Under the pieces are notes generated by a model. That model made no database searches, was not told the DNA's origin, and saw nothing but the letters and a program-made list of their open reading frames with translations. Both the position numbers and the translations under genes were made by a program. Below are positions 24,383-34,108 of a stretch of 39,474 nucleotides of DNA, one piece after another (position 1 is the first letter of the stretch; the number at the start of each line of letters is the position of its first letter). The DNA is from a phage, in the sequence record PZ618369.1; one strand, given 5' to 3'.

Positions 24383-26740
24383 ATGCCGCTAATTACTCAA
24401 TCAATCAAGAACCTTAAAGGCGGCATTAGCCAGCAGCCTGACATACTGAGGTTCTCAGACCAAGGCGAGGCACAGATTAACTGCTGGTCATCCGAGAGTG
24501 ATGGCCTCCAGAAGCGCCCACCTACAGTCTTCAAGCGCCGACTTAACATCGACGTGGGGAGCAACCCTAAGTTCCACCTTATTAACCGTGACGAGCAGGA
24601 GCAGTATTATATCGTATTCAATGGGTCCAACATTCAGGTAGTTGACTTGAGTGGTACTCAATACCCAGTGTCAGGTGCAGTAGACTACGTTAAGTCATCC
24701 AACCCACGGGATGAAATCCGTGTCGTTACCGTGGCAGACTATACGTTCGTAGTTAACCGTAAGGTTGTCGTCAAAGGTGGAAGCGAGAAGTCACACTCTG
24801 GCTATAACCGCAAAGCACGAGCTTTAATTAACCTTCGCGGTGGACAGTACGGTAGAACCCTTAAGGTTGGAATCAACGGAGGAGTCAAGGTCTCGCATAA
24901 GCTACCAGCAGGTAATGATGCCGAGAATGACCCACCTAAGGTTGACGCTCAGGCCATAGGTTCAGCTCTGAGAGACCTTCTTGTTGCTGCCTATCCAGAC
25001 TTCACGTTCGACCTTGGGTCTGGCTTCCTGTTAATCACGGCCCCTTCAGGGACTGACATTAACTCAGTAGAGACGGAGGATGGCTACGCTAACCAGCTAA
25101 TCAGCCCAGTCCTAGACACAGTGCAGACAATCTCTAAGTTGCCTCTTGCTGCCCCTAATGGATATATCATTAAGATTCAGGGTGAGACCAACAGTAGCGC
25201 TGATGAATATTACGTGATGTATGACTCCAACACTAAGACTTGGAAGGAGACAGTGGAGCCGGGAGTGGTCACTGGGTTCGATAATGCAACAATGCCACAT
25301 GCTCTGGTGCGACAAGCTGATGGCTCCTTTGAGTTCAAGACGCTGGAATGGTCTAAGCGTGGTGCTGGTAATGACGACACAAACCCTATGCCTAGCTTCG
25401 TGGATGCTGTGATTAACGATGTGTTCTTCTACAGGAACAGACTTGGGTTCTTGTCAGGAGAGAACGTAATCATGAGCCGTTCAGCCAGCTACTTTTCGTT
25501 CTTCCCTAAGAGTGTGGCGACATTGAGTGATGATGATCCTATTGACGTAGCTGTAAGTCACCCTAGAATCTCAATCCTTAAGTATGCCGTTCCGTTTAGC
25601 GAGCAGCTACTACTTTGGTCAGATGAGGTGCAGTTCGTGATGACAAGCTCAGGGGTCCTTACCTCGAAGTCTATCCAGCTTGATGTAGGCTCAGAGTTTG
25701 CCTTAGGTGATAATGCCAGACCGTTCGCTGTAGGACGCTCAGTCTTCTTCTCAGCGCCTCGTGGGTCATTCACCAGCATTAAGCGATACTTCGCTGTAGC
25801 AGATGTGTCTGACGTGAAGGATTCTGATGATATCACGGGCCACGTGCTGTCCTATATCCCTAACGGGGTGTTTGACATTCACGGAACAGGGACTGAGAAC
25901 TACATCTGCGTCAACTCTACAGGTGCTTACAACCGAATCTACATCTACAAGTTCTTGTTTAAGGACGGCGTACAGCTTCAAGCCTCTTGGTCGCACTGGG
26001 AGTTCCCTAAAGCTGATAAGATTCTGGCGTCTGCGTCGATTGGCTCTACCATGTTCATTGTTCGTCAGCACCAAGGCGGCGTAGACCTTGAGCACCTTAA
26101 GTTCATCAAGGAGGCAACTGACTTTCCATTAGAGCCATATAGACTCCACGTTGACTCCAAGGTGTCTATGGTAATCCCAATTGGCTCATATAACGCTGAC
26201 ACCTATAAGACTACGGTCGACATCGGTTCTGCTTATGGTGGAAACGCTCCGTCTCCCGGTCGGTACTATCTGATTGACAGTCAGGGTGCCTATGTGGACC
26301 TTGGTGAATTGACCGACATCTCAACTGTGGTTATGCTCAATGGCGATTGGTCGGGACGTACAGTGTTCATCGGACGGTCTTATCTGATGTCCTACAAGTT
26401 CTCACGGTTCCTGATTAAGATTGAAGACGAGAGCGGCACTCAGTCTGAGGACACTGGACGTCTACAACTTCGTAGGGCTTGGGTCAACTACAAGGACACT
26501 GGCGCTCTTAGACTCATTGTCAGAAATGGTGAGCGGGAGTTCGTGAACACCTTTAATGGGTACACCCTTGGTCAGCAAACCATCGGTACTACAAACATTG
26601 GTGACGGGCAGTATCGCTTCGCCATGAATGGTAACGCATTAACCACGAGTCTAACCTTAGAGTCCGACTATCCTACCCCAGTGTCCATCGTTGGGTGTGG
26701 CTGGGAGGCGTCATACGCTAAGAAAGCTCGTTCCGTCTAA
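24383..26740 (+). CDS. 12: tail tubular protein B
   Basis: synteny and size (785 aa vs 794 in T7). Confidence 0.9.
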   Translation: MPLITQSIKNLKGGISQQPDILRFSDQGEAQINCWSSESDGLQKRPPTVFKRRLNIDVGSNPKFHLINRDEQEQYYIVFNGSNIQVVDLSGTQYPVSGAVDYVKSSNPRDEIRVVTVADYTFVVNRKVVVKGGSEKSHSGYNRKARALINLRGGQYGRTLKVGINGGVKVSHKLPAGNDAENDPPKVDAQAIGSALRDLLVAAYPDFTFDLGSGFLLITAPSGTDINSVETEDGYANQLISPVLDTVQTISKLPLAAPNGYIIKIQGETNSSADEYYVMYDSNTKTWKETVEPGVVTGFDNATMPHALVRQADGSFEFKTLEWSKRGAGNDDTNPMPSFVDAVINDVFFYRNRLGFLSGENVIMSRSASYFSFFPKSVATLSDDDPIDVAVSHPRISILKYAVPFSEQLLLWSDEVQFVMTSSGVLTSKSIQLDVGSEFALGDNARPFAVGRSVFFSAPRGSFTSIKRYFAVADVSDVKDSDDITGHVLSYIPNGVFDIHGTGTENYICVNSTGAYNRIYIYKFLFKDGVQLQASWSHWEFPKADKILASASIGSTMFIVRQHQGGVDLEHLKFIKEATDFPLEPYRLHVDSKVSMVIPIGSYNADTYKTTVDIGSAYGGNAPSPGRYYLIDSQGAYVDLGELTDISTVVMLNGDWSGRTVFIGRSYLMSYKFSRFLIKIEDESGTQSEDTGRLQLRRAWVNYKDTGALRLIVRNGEREFVNTFNGYTLGQQTIGTTNIGDGQYRFAMNGNALTTSLTLESDYPTPVSIVGCGWEASYAKKARSV

Positions 26741-26747
26741 CTTATTG

Positions 26748-26797
26748 AAGGGCCTATAGATTTACCTTAACTATCACTATAGGGACTATAGGCCCTT
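26748..26797. repeat. perfect 12-bp inverted repeat (AAGGGCCTATAG / CTATAGGCCCTT) bracketing the phi13 promoter
   Basis: read directly from sequence; 26-nt spacer contains the promoter. Confidence 0.6.
26767..26786 (+). promoter_or_regulatory. phage RNAP promoter (phi13-type), TTAACTATCACTATAGGGA
   Basis: consensus match, +1 G near 26782. Confidence 0.8.
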
Positions 26798-26816
26798 AAG
26801 GTTATAAGGAGACTTT

Positions 26817-27287
26817 ATGTATATTCGCAAGGCTACGGAACCAGATGTCCAATACTTTCTGTGGCATCTTTCAGCAGATGATGTTAATGAGTGCAAAGCA
26901 AACTATGGGTCAACAGTTGGTCTCTCTGAAAGACTGCTTAAGCACCTATCTCCGTCATCTGTGGTTTTAACGAACGGTGTAGGCGAACACTTCGCCTATG
27001 GTGGAAACCAAGGGGACAACGTATGGTTCTTGACTTCCGGTCTGGTCCACAAGCTGAGACCTAAAGAGAAGCGAGAGTTCATAAAGCGTATCTCTGAGTA
27101 CAGGGACTTAATGTTAGACCAATACGGGACCATCTGGAACTACGTGTGGTCAGGCAATAAGTCTCACATTAAATTCTTGAAGTTACTTGGGGCTAAGTTC
27201 CATGATGATTGGACTATCAGCCCGGTAACTGGTGAGCGTTTTCAATTATTCACTATCTCTAAGGGGGACGTATGTGTGAACCCGTAA
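26817..27287 (+). CDS. 13: internal virion protein A
   Basis: synteny and size (156 aa). Confidence 0.7.
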   Translation: MYIRKATEPDVQYFLWHLSADDVNECKANYGSTVGLSERLLKHLSPSSVVLTNGVGEHFAYGGNQGDNVWFLTSGLVHKLRPKEKREFIKRISEYRDLMLDQYGTIWNYVWSGNKSHIKFLKLLGAKFHDDWTISPVTGERFQLFTISKGDVCVNP

Positions 27288-27859
27288 GTATCGGCATGGG
27301 TATCATGGCTGTAGCCGGGGCCACTATGTCCGCATCCCAACAGGCCAAGGCCGAAGGTGCAGCAATTGACGCTCAGAACCGACAGGCTCAGGAAATGGTT
27401 AAGCAGATGAACTACTCTGACGCCAACCTGAAGATGCAGGAGCGCGACCTGAAGGAGCAGCAGATGGCTGAACTGACAGAGACCACGCTTAACGGTATCC
27501 GCAATCAGGGTATGGTCCGAGCTGCGGTGGCTGAGTCCGGTCTGGAAGGTAACTCTATGGACAGGATTGAACGTCAGGTCGAAGGAGATACAGTCAAGGA
27601 GCGAGCAGGGATTACCGAAAGTTACAACCGCGACTATGCGGCTATCTTCGGGAACCGTATAGCCAACATTGAGAACACCAAGTCTGCTATTCGTGGTCAA
27701 GGTAAAATCATCAAGACTAGCCCACTGGCTCATGCACTTAATGTTGCTAACGCCGGGATGCAGGGATACGCTGCTGGTAAGTCAATCTCTGGGGCATCAA
27801 GCTCTGGTGGTTCTGCACCGATTAGTGCTGCTAAAGGCACACCTACAGGTCATAGCTAA
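27272..27859 (+). CDS. 14: internal virion protein B
   Basis: MCEP...SMDRIERQVEGDTVKE...NRDYAAIFG resembles recalled T7 gp14 (MCWAA...SMDRIKRVTEGQ...RRDYQAIFA). Confidence 0.8.
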   Translation: MCEPVSIGMGIMAVAGATMSASQQAKAEGAAIDAQNRQAQEMVKQMNYSDANLKMQERDLKEQQMAELTETTLNGIRNQGMVRAAVAESGLEGNSMDRIERQVEGDTVKERAGITESYNRDYAAIFGNRIANIENTKSAIRGQGKIIKTSPLAHALNVANAGMQGYAAGKSISGASSSGGSAPISAAKGTPTGHS

Positions 27860-27870
27860 GAGGAGGACTA

Positions 27871-30153
27871 ATGGCTAGTAATATTGAATCAGCTCTGGCT
27901 AATCGGACTATGGGTCGTGGCAGAGCTCCGGGTAAAACTATCGCCGTCAACTATCAAGCAGCCAGCGTTCAGGCTCCGACTGGTGACTCCGGTCTGGCTC
28001 GTGCATTAACCAACTTCGTTGAGTCTGGGACTGGATTGTACAAGCAGTTCAAAGACGAGGAGAAGACACGGGCCGACGAGCGGTCTAACGAGATTATCCG
28101 TAAGCTGACACCTCAGCAAAGACGTGAGGCTATCCAGAACGGCACACTGCTGTATCAGGACGACCCTTACGCTATGGAAGCACTTCGAGTCAAGACTGGA
28201 CGTAACGCTGCCTTTGCGGTGGATGACGAGATTAACGTTAAGATTCAGAATGGTGAGTTCCGCACACGTCAGGAAATGGAAGAATATCGCCACCAGCGAC
28301 TTCAAGACGCAGCTAAGTCCTATGCTGAAGAGGCTGGTATTAACCCTACCGATGAGTTCTTCCAGCGAGGGTTCAACGATAACATCACAGACCGCAACAT
28401 CGCTATCTATGGGTCCTTCAATAAGTATTTCAGTAAGCAGTCTGAAGAGACAGCAATGTTGAATACTCGTATTGAGATGAACTCATTCCTGAACGATGGA
28501 GACCTGATGCGTTCACCTGAGTCAGGTAAGACCTTCATGGCCTACCTTCGTGATGGACTGACTACTGCTGCTATCCCTTCGGACCAGCGAGCACGGGAGG
28601 TAATTACCCAGACGGTCCGTGACGCAATCCAGAAGTCTGGTGGCTCAAACTTCCTACAGCAAGTACGAGGCGAGCGAATCACACTTAACGGTGTGGATGC
28701 TACAGTCGAAGAGATTGTAGGACCTGACGTCTTCAATGCTGCTATGGTAGAGGCTCAAGGCACTGAGTACAAACTGGTGGCTAAATATCAGGAAGACTTA
28801 GCGCTTGGAGTTCAGTCTGCTATTCTTCAGGATGACCCAACCATCGGTCTGGCCCAGATTCAGAAGCTCAAGGAGCAGAACAACCTGCTTCAACCGGGTG
28901 AAGAACTCACACCTCAGCGTCAGATGCTTATTAATGCCGAAGCCAGCCTACTGGAAGCGGTCAAGCGTAAGTCTGCTGAACAGGCAAAAGAGAACACTAA
29001 GTTAATCCAGACTCAGAACAAGCAACTGGTCATCGACCAAGTGTATCAGCGACGTCTGGCTGGGGACAACGTGTCAACCAACTATGAGGACCTTCCTGTC
29101 TCTGAGGCTACAGGAGAGTTCAAACGTTCAGACATGAACAACTATGCGTCTGCCAAGCTACAGCAGATTGACCAGATGGACATCCCTGAGGCAGCTAAGG
29201 ACGCTCAGAAGGTGGCATTGTTAAGAGCTGACACTAACAACGGTCCGTTCCGTAATGCCTTCCAGACGCTGACTCAGGACGCTGCTGGTGAGTGGCAAGC
29301 TGCTGTCATCCGTGGACAGTACGACCCAGACAAGATGCAACGCTTCGAGTCTCTTCGTCGTGCCTACACTCAGGACCCTTCAAGTTTCGCTGCTCTGTAT
29401 CCTGACCAAGCTCAGTTGTTCTCTACGTTCGACCAGATGGACAAGATGGGTCTGGACCCTCAGACGATGATTGAAGCTGATAAGCAAGCTGCAAGTCAAA
29501 GCCGTGAGATGCGCATGGAGTCAGACAAGGCGTGGCAGGAGTTGAAGAACGACTCCAAGAACACCCAGTTGTCTCGTCTCCCAACGTCTCTTGACTCAAG
29601 TGCTCGTAAGGTCTGGGACTCATGGTACTATCGTACAGGTAACGCTGACGCTGCAACTCAGCAGACTCAACGCTGGCTGAATGAAAATACCGTAACGTTC
29701 CAGTCTGAAGGCTCTGACGGTAAGTCCATCGGCATGGTGTCAAAGCACCAGCTTATGGTTGGGGATAACCCAGAGTCGTGGCAGGTTGGTCGAGACATTA
29801 TCGACACAGCTCGTCAGCAGCTCATTAAGGCCAACCCTTGGGTAGTGAACTCTCAGTTGTCAGTTGTTGAGCAGAACGGCTCTATCTTCCTCCAAGACGC
29901 TACAGGGACTATTCGTATTCGCTACGATAAAGAACTTGTAGGTAAACTCTACCGTGAACAACAGCAGAAGGCACAAGATGCCGCATACGCTCAGGCAGAA
30001 CGTGACGCTAACAAGCGAGCGCGTATCGTCGGGACTAAAGCTGCTGGTGACAAACGTCGAGCTGACCGAGAGGCCACCATCGAGAAGCGCGGAGGGATGT
30101 ACAATGACGTCTCATTGGAGGGTATCGCAAACGTACTAATCGGTAAGGAGTAA
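27871..30153 (+). CDS. 15: internal virion protein C
   Basis: synteny and size (760 aa vs 747 in T7). Confidence 0.8.
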   Translation: MASNIESALANRTMGRGRAPGKTIAVNYQAASVQAPTGDSGLARALTNFVESGTGLYKQFKDEEKTRADERSNEIIRKLTPQQRREAIQNGTLLYQDDPYAMEALRVKTGRNAAFAVDDEINVKIQNGEFRTRQEMEEYRHQRLQDAAKSYAEEAGINPTDEFFQRGFNDNITDRNIAIYGSFNKYFSKQSEETAMLNTRIEMNSFLNDGDLMRSPESGKTFMAYLRDGLTTAAIPSDQRAREVITQTVRDAIQKSGGSNFLQQVRGERITLNGVDATVEEIVGPDVFNAAMVEAQGTEYKLVAKYQEDLALGVQSAILQDDPTIGLAQIQKLKEQNNLLQPGEELTPQRQMLINAEASLLEAVKRKSAEQAKENTKLIQTQNKQLVIDQVYQRRLAGDNVSTNYEDLPVSEATGEFKRSDMNNYASAKLQQIDQMDIPEAAKDAQKVALLRADTNNGPFRNAFQTLTQDAAGEWQAAVIRGQYDPDKMQRFESLRRAYTQDPSSFAALYPDQAQLFSTFDQMDKMGLDPQTMIEADKQAASQSREMRMESDKAWQELKNDSKNTQLSRLPTSLDSSARKVWDSWYYRTGNADAATQQTQRWLNENTVTFQSEGSDGKSIGMVSKHQLMVGDNPESWQVGRDIIDTARQQLIKANPWVVNSQLSVVEQNGSIFLQDATGTIRIRYDKELVGKLYREQQQKAQDAAYAQAERDANKRARIVGTKAAGDKRRADREATIEKRGGMYNDVSLEGIANVLIGKE

Positions 30154-30157
30154 CATA

Positions 30158-33100
30158 ATGGCGACTCGTGGTATTCGCAATAACAATCCGGGTAACATCC
30201 GGGTAAGTAAGGACCAATGGGAAGGAATGACTGGGGATGATGGTGCATTCGTCACCTTTGATAGTCCAGAGTCTGGCGTCCGAGCTTTAGGTAAAAACCT
30301 GCTGTCCTACGGTCGCCAAGGTTATGACTCCATCGAGAAGATTATCAACAGATGGGCTCCTCCTAACGAGAACGACACTCAGGCTTATATTGACTCTGTG
30401 GTGGCTGCGACTGGTATTCCAGCTACCCAGAGTCTCGACCTCTCGAACCCGGACACCCTGTCTTCTCTGGCTCAAGCTATCAGCTTCCATGAGACAGGCT
30501 CCCGGTACAATCCTGAAGTATATCAGAAGGGAGTCGCACGAGCACTAAACGGTATCAGCCCAAAGACTCCACCAGTAAGCGCTAACGTATTTGACGCACT
30601 CACGGAAGGACTCAAGGCTAAACCTAAAGTAGCTCTGGGAGGGAACCTTCCGACCGCTGCTGGTCTGAACATTGAGGGTCAAGCACCTGAAGCTCCAAAC
30701 GAATCGTTCGGTGAGATGTTCTATAAGGCTACTGGCGAGACAATGCAGGAACGAGAGGACCGCTCTACGTGGTTCGGTTTCGGTGCTGCTACAGAAGCTG
30801 AAGTGAAGAACTCTATGGTCGGCGTGGCTATCCGCGCTGGTCAGACCGAGGACTCACTTGATGTAATTGGCGATGTGTTCAACCCGACCCGCTGGAACAA
30901 CCATAAGTGGACTCGTGATGAGCTGGACCAGATTCGTAACGCTGGGGTTCTGCCTCAGTATTACGGAGTCATTACTGGTGGCTCTCCTCAGAACCTGACC
31001 GAGCTGATTAACTTGGCGCTTGAGAACCAGAAGTTGGATCAAGAGAAGGCCAAGGCCGGGATTGGTGCTCAGTTAGCTGCTGGCGTGATTGGTGCTGGTG
31101 TAGACCCGCTGACCTACGTTCCTATCGCTGGACAGGTTGGTAAAGGTGGTAAGCTGGTCAACAAGATGTTCACCGTGGCTGCTCAATCTGGAGCGCTGGC
31201 TGGTGTGTCTGAGATGGCTCGTACCTCAGTGGCTGGCGGTGATGCTCATGTGGCTGAAGCTATCCTCGGAGGTGCTCTCTTCGGTGGCGGAATGACCGCT
31301 ATCGCTGACGGCTTAGGAAGAGCCTTAGGTCGCAACACTAACGAGTTCGCTGGCCCGGCTACACGTCTGGAAGCTCGTGAGACTGCTCGTAACGTTGATG
31401 GTCAGGACCTGTCTCGTCTCCCTATTCAGGAAGGTGAGCAGACCTTTAGTCATCAAGGCGTTAAGTTCGCTGACGTTCAGAATGAGCCGGGTAGTGTACG
31501 ACTGGAGGATGGTTCAATCCTGATTGGTGAGAACCCTCTGAACCCTAAGACACGTCAGGTCTTTGACGAAGTGATTGAGCCTGAACGTGCAGCCGCTGGT
31601 GTGAACCTTGGTGGGCTGACTGAGATTGGACTGAAGCTGCTTCGGTCCGAGAACCCTGAGATTCGCGGAGTCGCTGCTGACTTAGTGCGTTCACCGACTG
31701 GTATGCAGTCAGGAGCCTCAGGTAAAATTGGGACCACTGCGTCAGACGTGTTCGAGAGACTTCGTGCTGTGGACCATCGGTTCTACAACGACATCGACGA
31801 TGCTGTTACTGAGGCACTCAAGGACCCCTACTTCCAGACAGCATTCTGGCGAGACTCTGGCGCATTCCGTCAGGACATCTACCAGCGTGTGTCTATGGCT
31901 ATTGAAGATGGCAGTGGGAACCTGAAGGCTGAACTGACTCCGGGAGAACTGAAAGTCTATGGCCTGCTGAAGAATCAGTTTGACGCAAAGCGTGAGATGA
32001 TGGAGAACCCAGCTATGTTTGGTCGTCCAGACGCTAAGTCTATCTTCCCCGGCAGTCGCTTCAAGGGAACCTACGTCCCGCATGTGTATAGCAATCAGAT
32101 GAAGGAGCTGTACATCAAGGAGCTTGGAAGCCCAGAGGCACTACAGGAGGCCATCAAGAAGTCATGGTTGACCAGCTATGCGTCTCGACCTGAAGTCAAG
32201 AAACGTGTGGACGAGGCACTCTTAGAGGCTGACCCTACGTTGACTGCAGATGGACTTGCGGCTGCGGTCGATAAGTACGCTAACGATAAGGCTTACGGTA
32301 TCTCTCACACCGAGCAGTTCGAACGTTCATCCGTAATGGAAGAGAACATCAATGGTCTGGTGGGTCTGGAGAACAACAGCTTCCTTGAGGCTCGTAACCT
32401 GTTCGATAGCGACATGTCAATCGTCTTACCTAACGGTCAGACCTTCAGTGTCAACAATCTGCGTGAGTGGGACATGGATAAGATTGTCCCTGCTTATAAC
32501 CGTCGAGTTAATGGTGACATTGCTATCATGGCTGGTACAGGAAAGACTACGAAGGACATGAAGGACTTGGTTGAGACCTTGATGAACAAGGCTGGGGATG
32601 ACGGTAAGTTGAAAGGTGAAGTATCTACCTTACGTGACACCCTGAAGATTCTAACTGGTCGTGCTCGACGTGATGGCGCTGATGATGCGGCCTTCGCTAC
32701 CGTGATGCGCACGATGACAGACCTATCGTTCTTCGCTAAAAATGCCTACATGGGTGTGCAGAACTTAACGGAGATTGGTGGTATGCTGGCTCGTGGTAAC
32801 GTTCGTGCATTGCTACATGGAGTTCCTATGTTCCGTGACCTAGCCTTCCGTAACAAGAAGGTAGGGGCCTCAGAGATTAAGGACCTGCACAATGTTATCT
32901 TCGGTAAGGAACTGGATGACTCAATCCGTCCGTCTAAACAGGATGTCATCGACCGTCTGCGGTCTTACAGTGACCTAGGTCGTGGTGCAGCCACAGCTCT
33001 GGGGACTGCCAAGTATTACACTGGTGAACTTGCAGTACGCTCGCCGTTCACTAAAGTCCTCAACGGTACGACAAACTACCTGTTAGATGCTGGACGTCAA

Positions 33101-34045
33101 GGCTTCCTGTCTGACATCGTGGAGCATAGTCTGACTGGCAGTAAGCGTCGGTTCGATGACCGCTGGCTGAAGACCGCTGGTATCTCTGACGAGCAGTGGA
33201 AGGGCATTAAGTCCCTAATCCGTGAGTCAGTGACTCGTGGTCCAGACGGGAAGTACACCATCAAGGATAAGAAGGCGTTCAGTCAGGACCCAAGGGCTAT
33301 GGACTTATGGCGTATGGGTGACACCATCGCTGATGAAACGTTACTCCGGCCCCACAAGCTGTCTAACATGGACGCCAAGGCTTATGGTCCTCTCGCTAAG
33401 ACTGTCCTTCAGTTTAAGAACTTCGTCATCAAGTCCATAAACGGTAGAACCATGCGTACCTTCTATAACGCCACGAAGAACAACCGAGCGATTGACGCTG
33501 CACTATCGACCGTGATGTCTATGGGTCTGGCTGGTATCTACTACATGGCTCAGGCGCACGTCAAGGCTTATGCTATGCAGGATGGTCGAGACCGTGACTA
33601 CCTTAAGCAAGCTCTGGACCCGACGATGATTGGTTATGCGGCTCTGTCTCGTAGTTCACATCTGGGTGGCCCACTCGGGGTAGCTAACATTCTGGGTGGC
33701 ATCGCTGGGTATGAGGACACCAAGATGCTCCGTTCGTCTATCCTACCTCGTTCGCCTACAGAGAAGCCTGAACGTGCCATCTCGTATGGTGCAGCTACAA
33801 GTGGCCCTGTGATGAATGTTGTTGGTAACTTCTTGGAGCAGGTTCCAGCTTTTGGATATGCTGCTAACGTTGGTGCTTCGGCTTACAACTTGGCTGGCTA
33901 CCTCAAGGCTGATACTCGGGTAAACGAGAGAGACTACATGACCGGGATGTATAACACCTTCCGTGAACTGGTTCCGAACGACCCGATTACTCAGAAGTTG
34001 CTACTGGGAACGTTTGAGGAGCAAGGTATCCACATCAAGGACTAA
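30158..34045 (+). CDS. 16: internal virion protein D (ejection protein), 1295 aa, with a non-T7-type N-terminal domain
   Basis: from about residue 200 onward collinear with recalled T7 gp16 (STWFGFGAATEAE, VLPQYYGVITGGSPQNL, RLEARETARN, SPTGMQSGASGK, YGISHTEQF, NSFLEARNLFDSD, LVPNDPITQKLL); first ~190 aa not recognisable as the T7 lytic transglycosylase domain. Confidence 0.92.
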   Translation: MATRGIRNNNPGNIRVSKDQWEGMTGDDGAFVTFDSPESGVRALGKNLLSYGRQGYDSIEKIINRWAPPNENDTQAYIDSVVAATGIPATQSLDLSNPDTLSSLAQAISFHETGSRYNPEVYQKGVARALNGISPKTPPVSANVFDALTEGLKAKPKVALGGNLPTAAGLNIEGQAPEAPNESFGEMFYKATGETMQEREDRSTWFGFGAATEAEVKNSMVGVAIRAGQTEDSLDVIGDVFNPTRWNNHKWTRDELDQIRNAGVLPQYYGVITGGSPQNLTELINLALENQKLDQEKAKAGIGAQLAAGVIGAGVDPLTYVPIAGQVGKGGKLVNKMFTVAAQSGALAGVSEMARTSVAGGDAHVAEAILGGALFGGGMTAIADGLGRALGRNTNEFAGPATRLEARETARNVDGQDLSRLPIQEGEQTFSHQGVKFADVQNEPGSVRLEDGSILIGENPLNPKTRQVFDEVIEPERAAAGVNLGGLTEIGLKLLRSENPEIRGVAADLVRSPTGMQSGASGKIGTTASDVFERLRAVDHRFYNDIDDAVTEALKDPYFQTAFWRDSGAFRQDIYQRVSMAIEDGSGNLKAELTPGELKVYGLLKNQFDAKREMMENPAMFGRPDAKSIFPGSRFKGTYVPHVYSNQMKELYIKELGSPEALQEAIKKSWLTSYASRPEVKKRVDEALLEADPTLTADGLAAAVDKYANDKAYGISHTEQFERSSVMEENINGLVGLENNSFLEARNLFDSDMSIVLPNGQTFSVNNLREWDMDKIVPAYNRRVNGDIAIMAGTGKTTKDMKDLVETLMNKAGDDGKLKGEVSTLRDTLKILTGRARRDGADDAAFATVMRTMTDLSFFAKNAYMGVQNLTEIGGMLARGNVRALLHGVPMFRDLAFRNKKVGASEIKDLHNVIFGKELDDSIRPSKQDVIDRLRSYSDLGRGAATALGTAKYYTGELAVRSPFTKVLNGTTNYLLDAGRQGFLSDIVEHSLTGSKRRFDDRWLKTAGISDEQWKGIKSLIRESVTRGPDGKYTIKDKKAFSQDPRAMDLWRMGDTIADETLLRPHKLSNMDAKAYGPLAKTVLQFKNFVIKSINGRTMRTFYNATKNNRAIDAALSTVMSMGLAGIYYMAQAHVKAYAMQDGRDRDYLKQALDPTMIGYAALSRSSHLGGPLGVANILGGIAGYEDTKMLRSSILPRSPTEKPERAISYGAATSGPVMNVVGNFLEQVPAFGYAANVGASAYNLAGYLKADTRVNERDYMTGMYNTFRELVPNDPITQKLLLGTFEEQGIHIKD

Positions 34046-34062
34046 ACTATCACTATAGGAAA
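34043..34062 (+). promoter_or_regulatory. phage RNAP promoter (phi17-type), TAAACTATCACTATAGGA
   Basis: consensus match, +1 G near 34058; leader contains hairpin GGAGAC...GTCTCC. Confidence 0.75.
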
Positions 34063-34108
34063 CGGAGACGCTACCATAGGTCTCCATTTAAATCACAAAG
34101 GAGGCATA

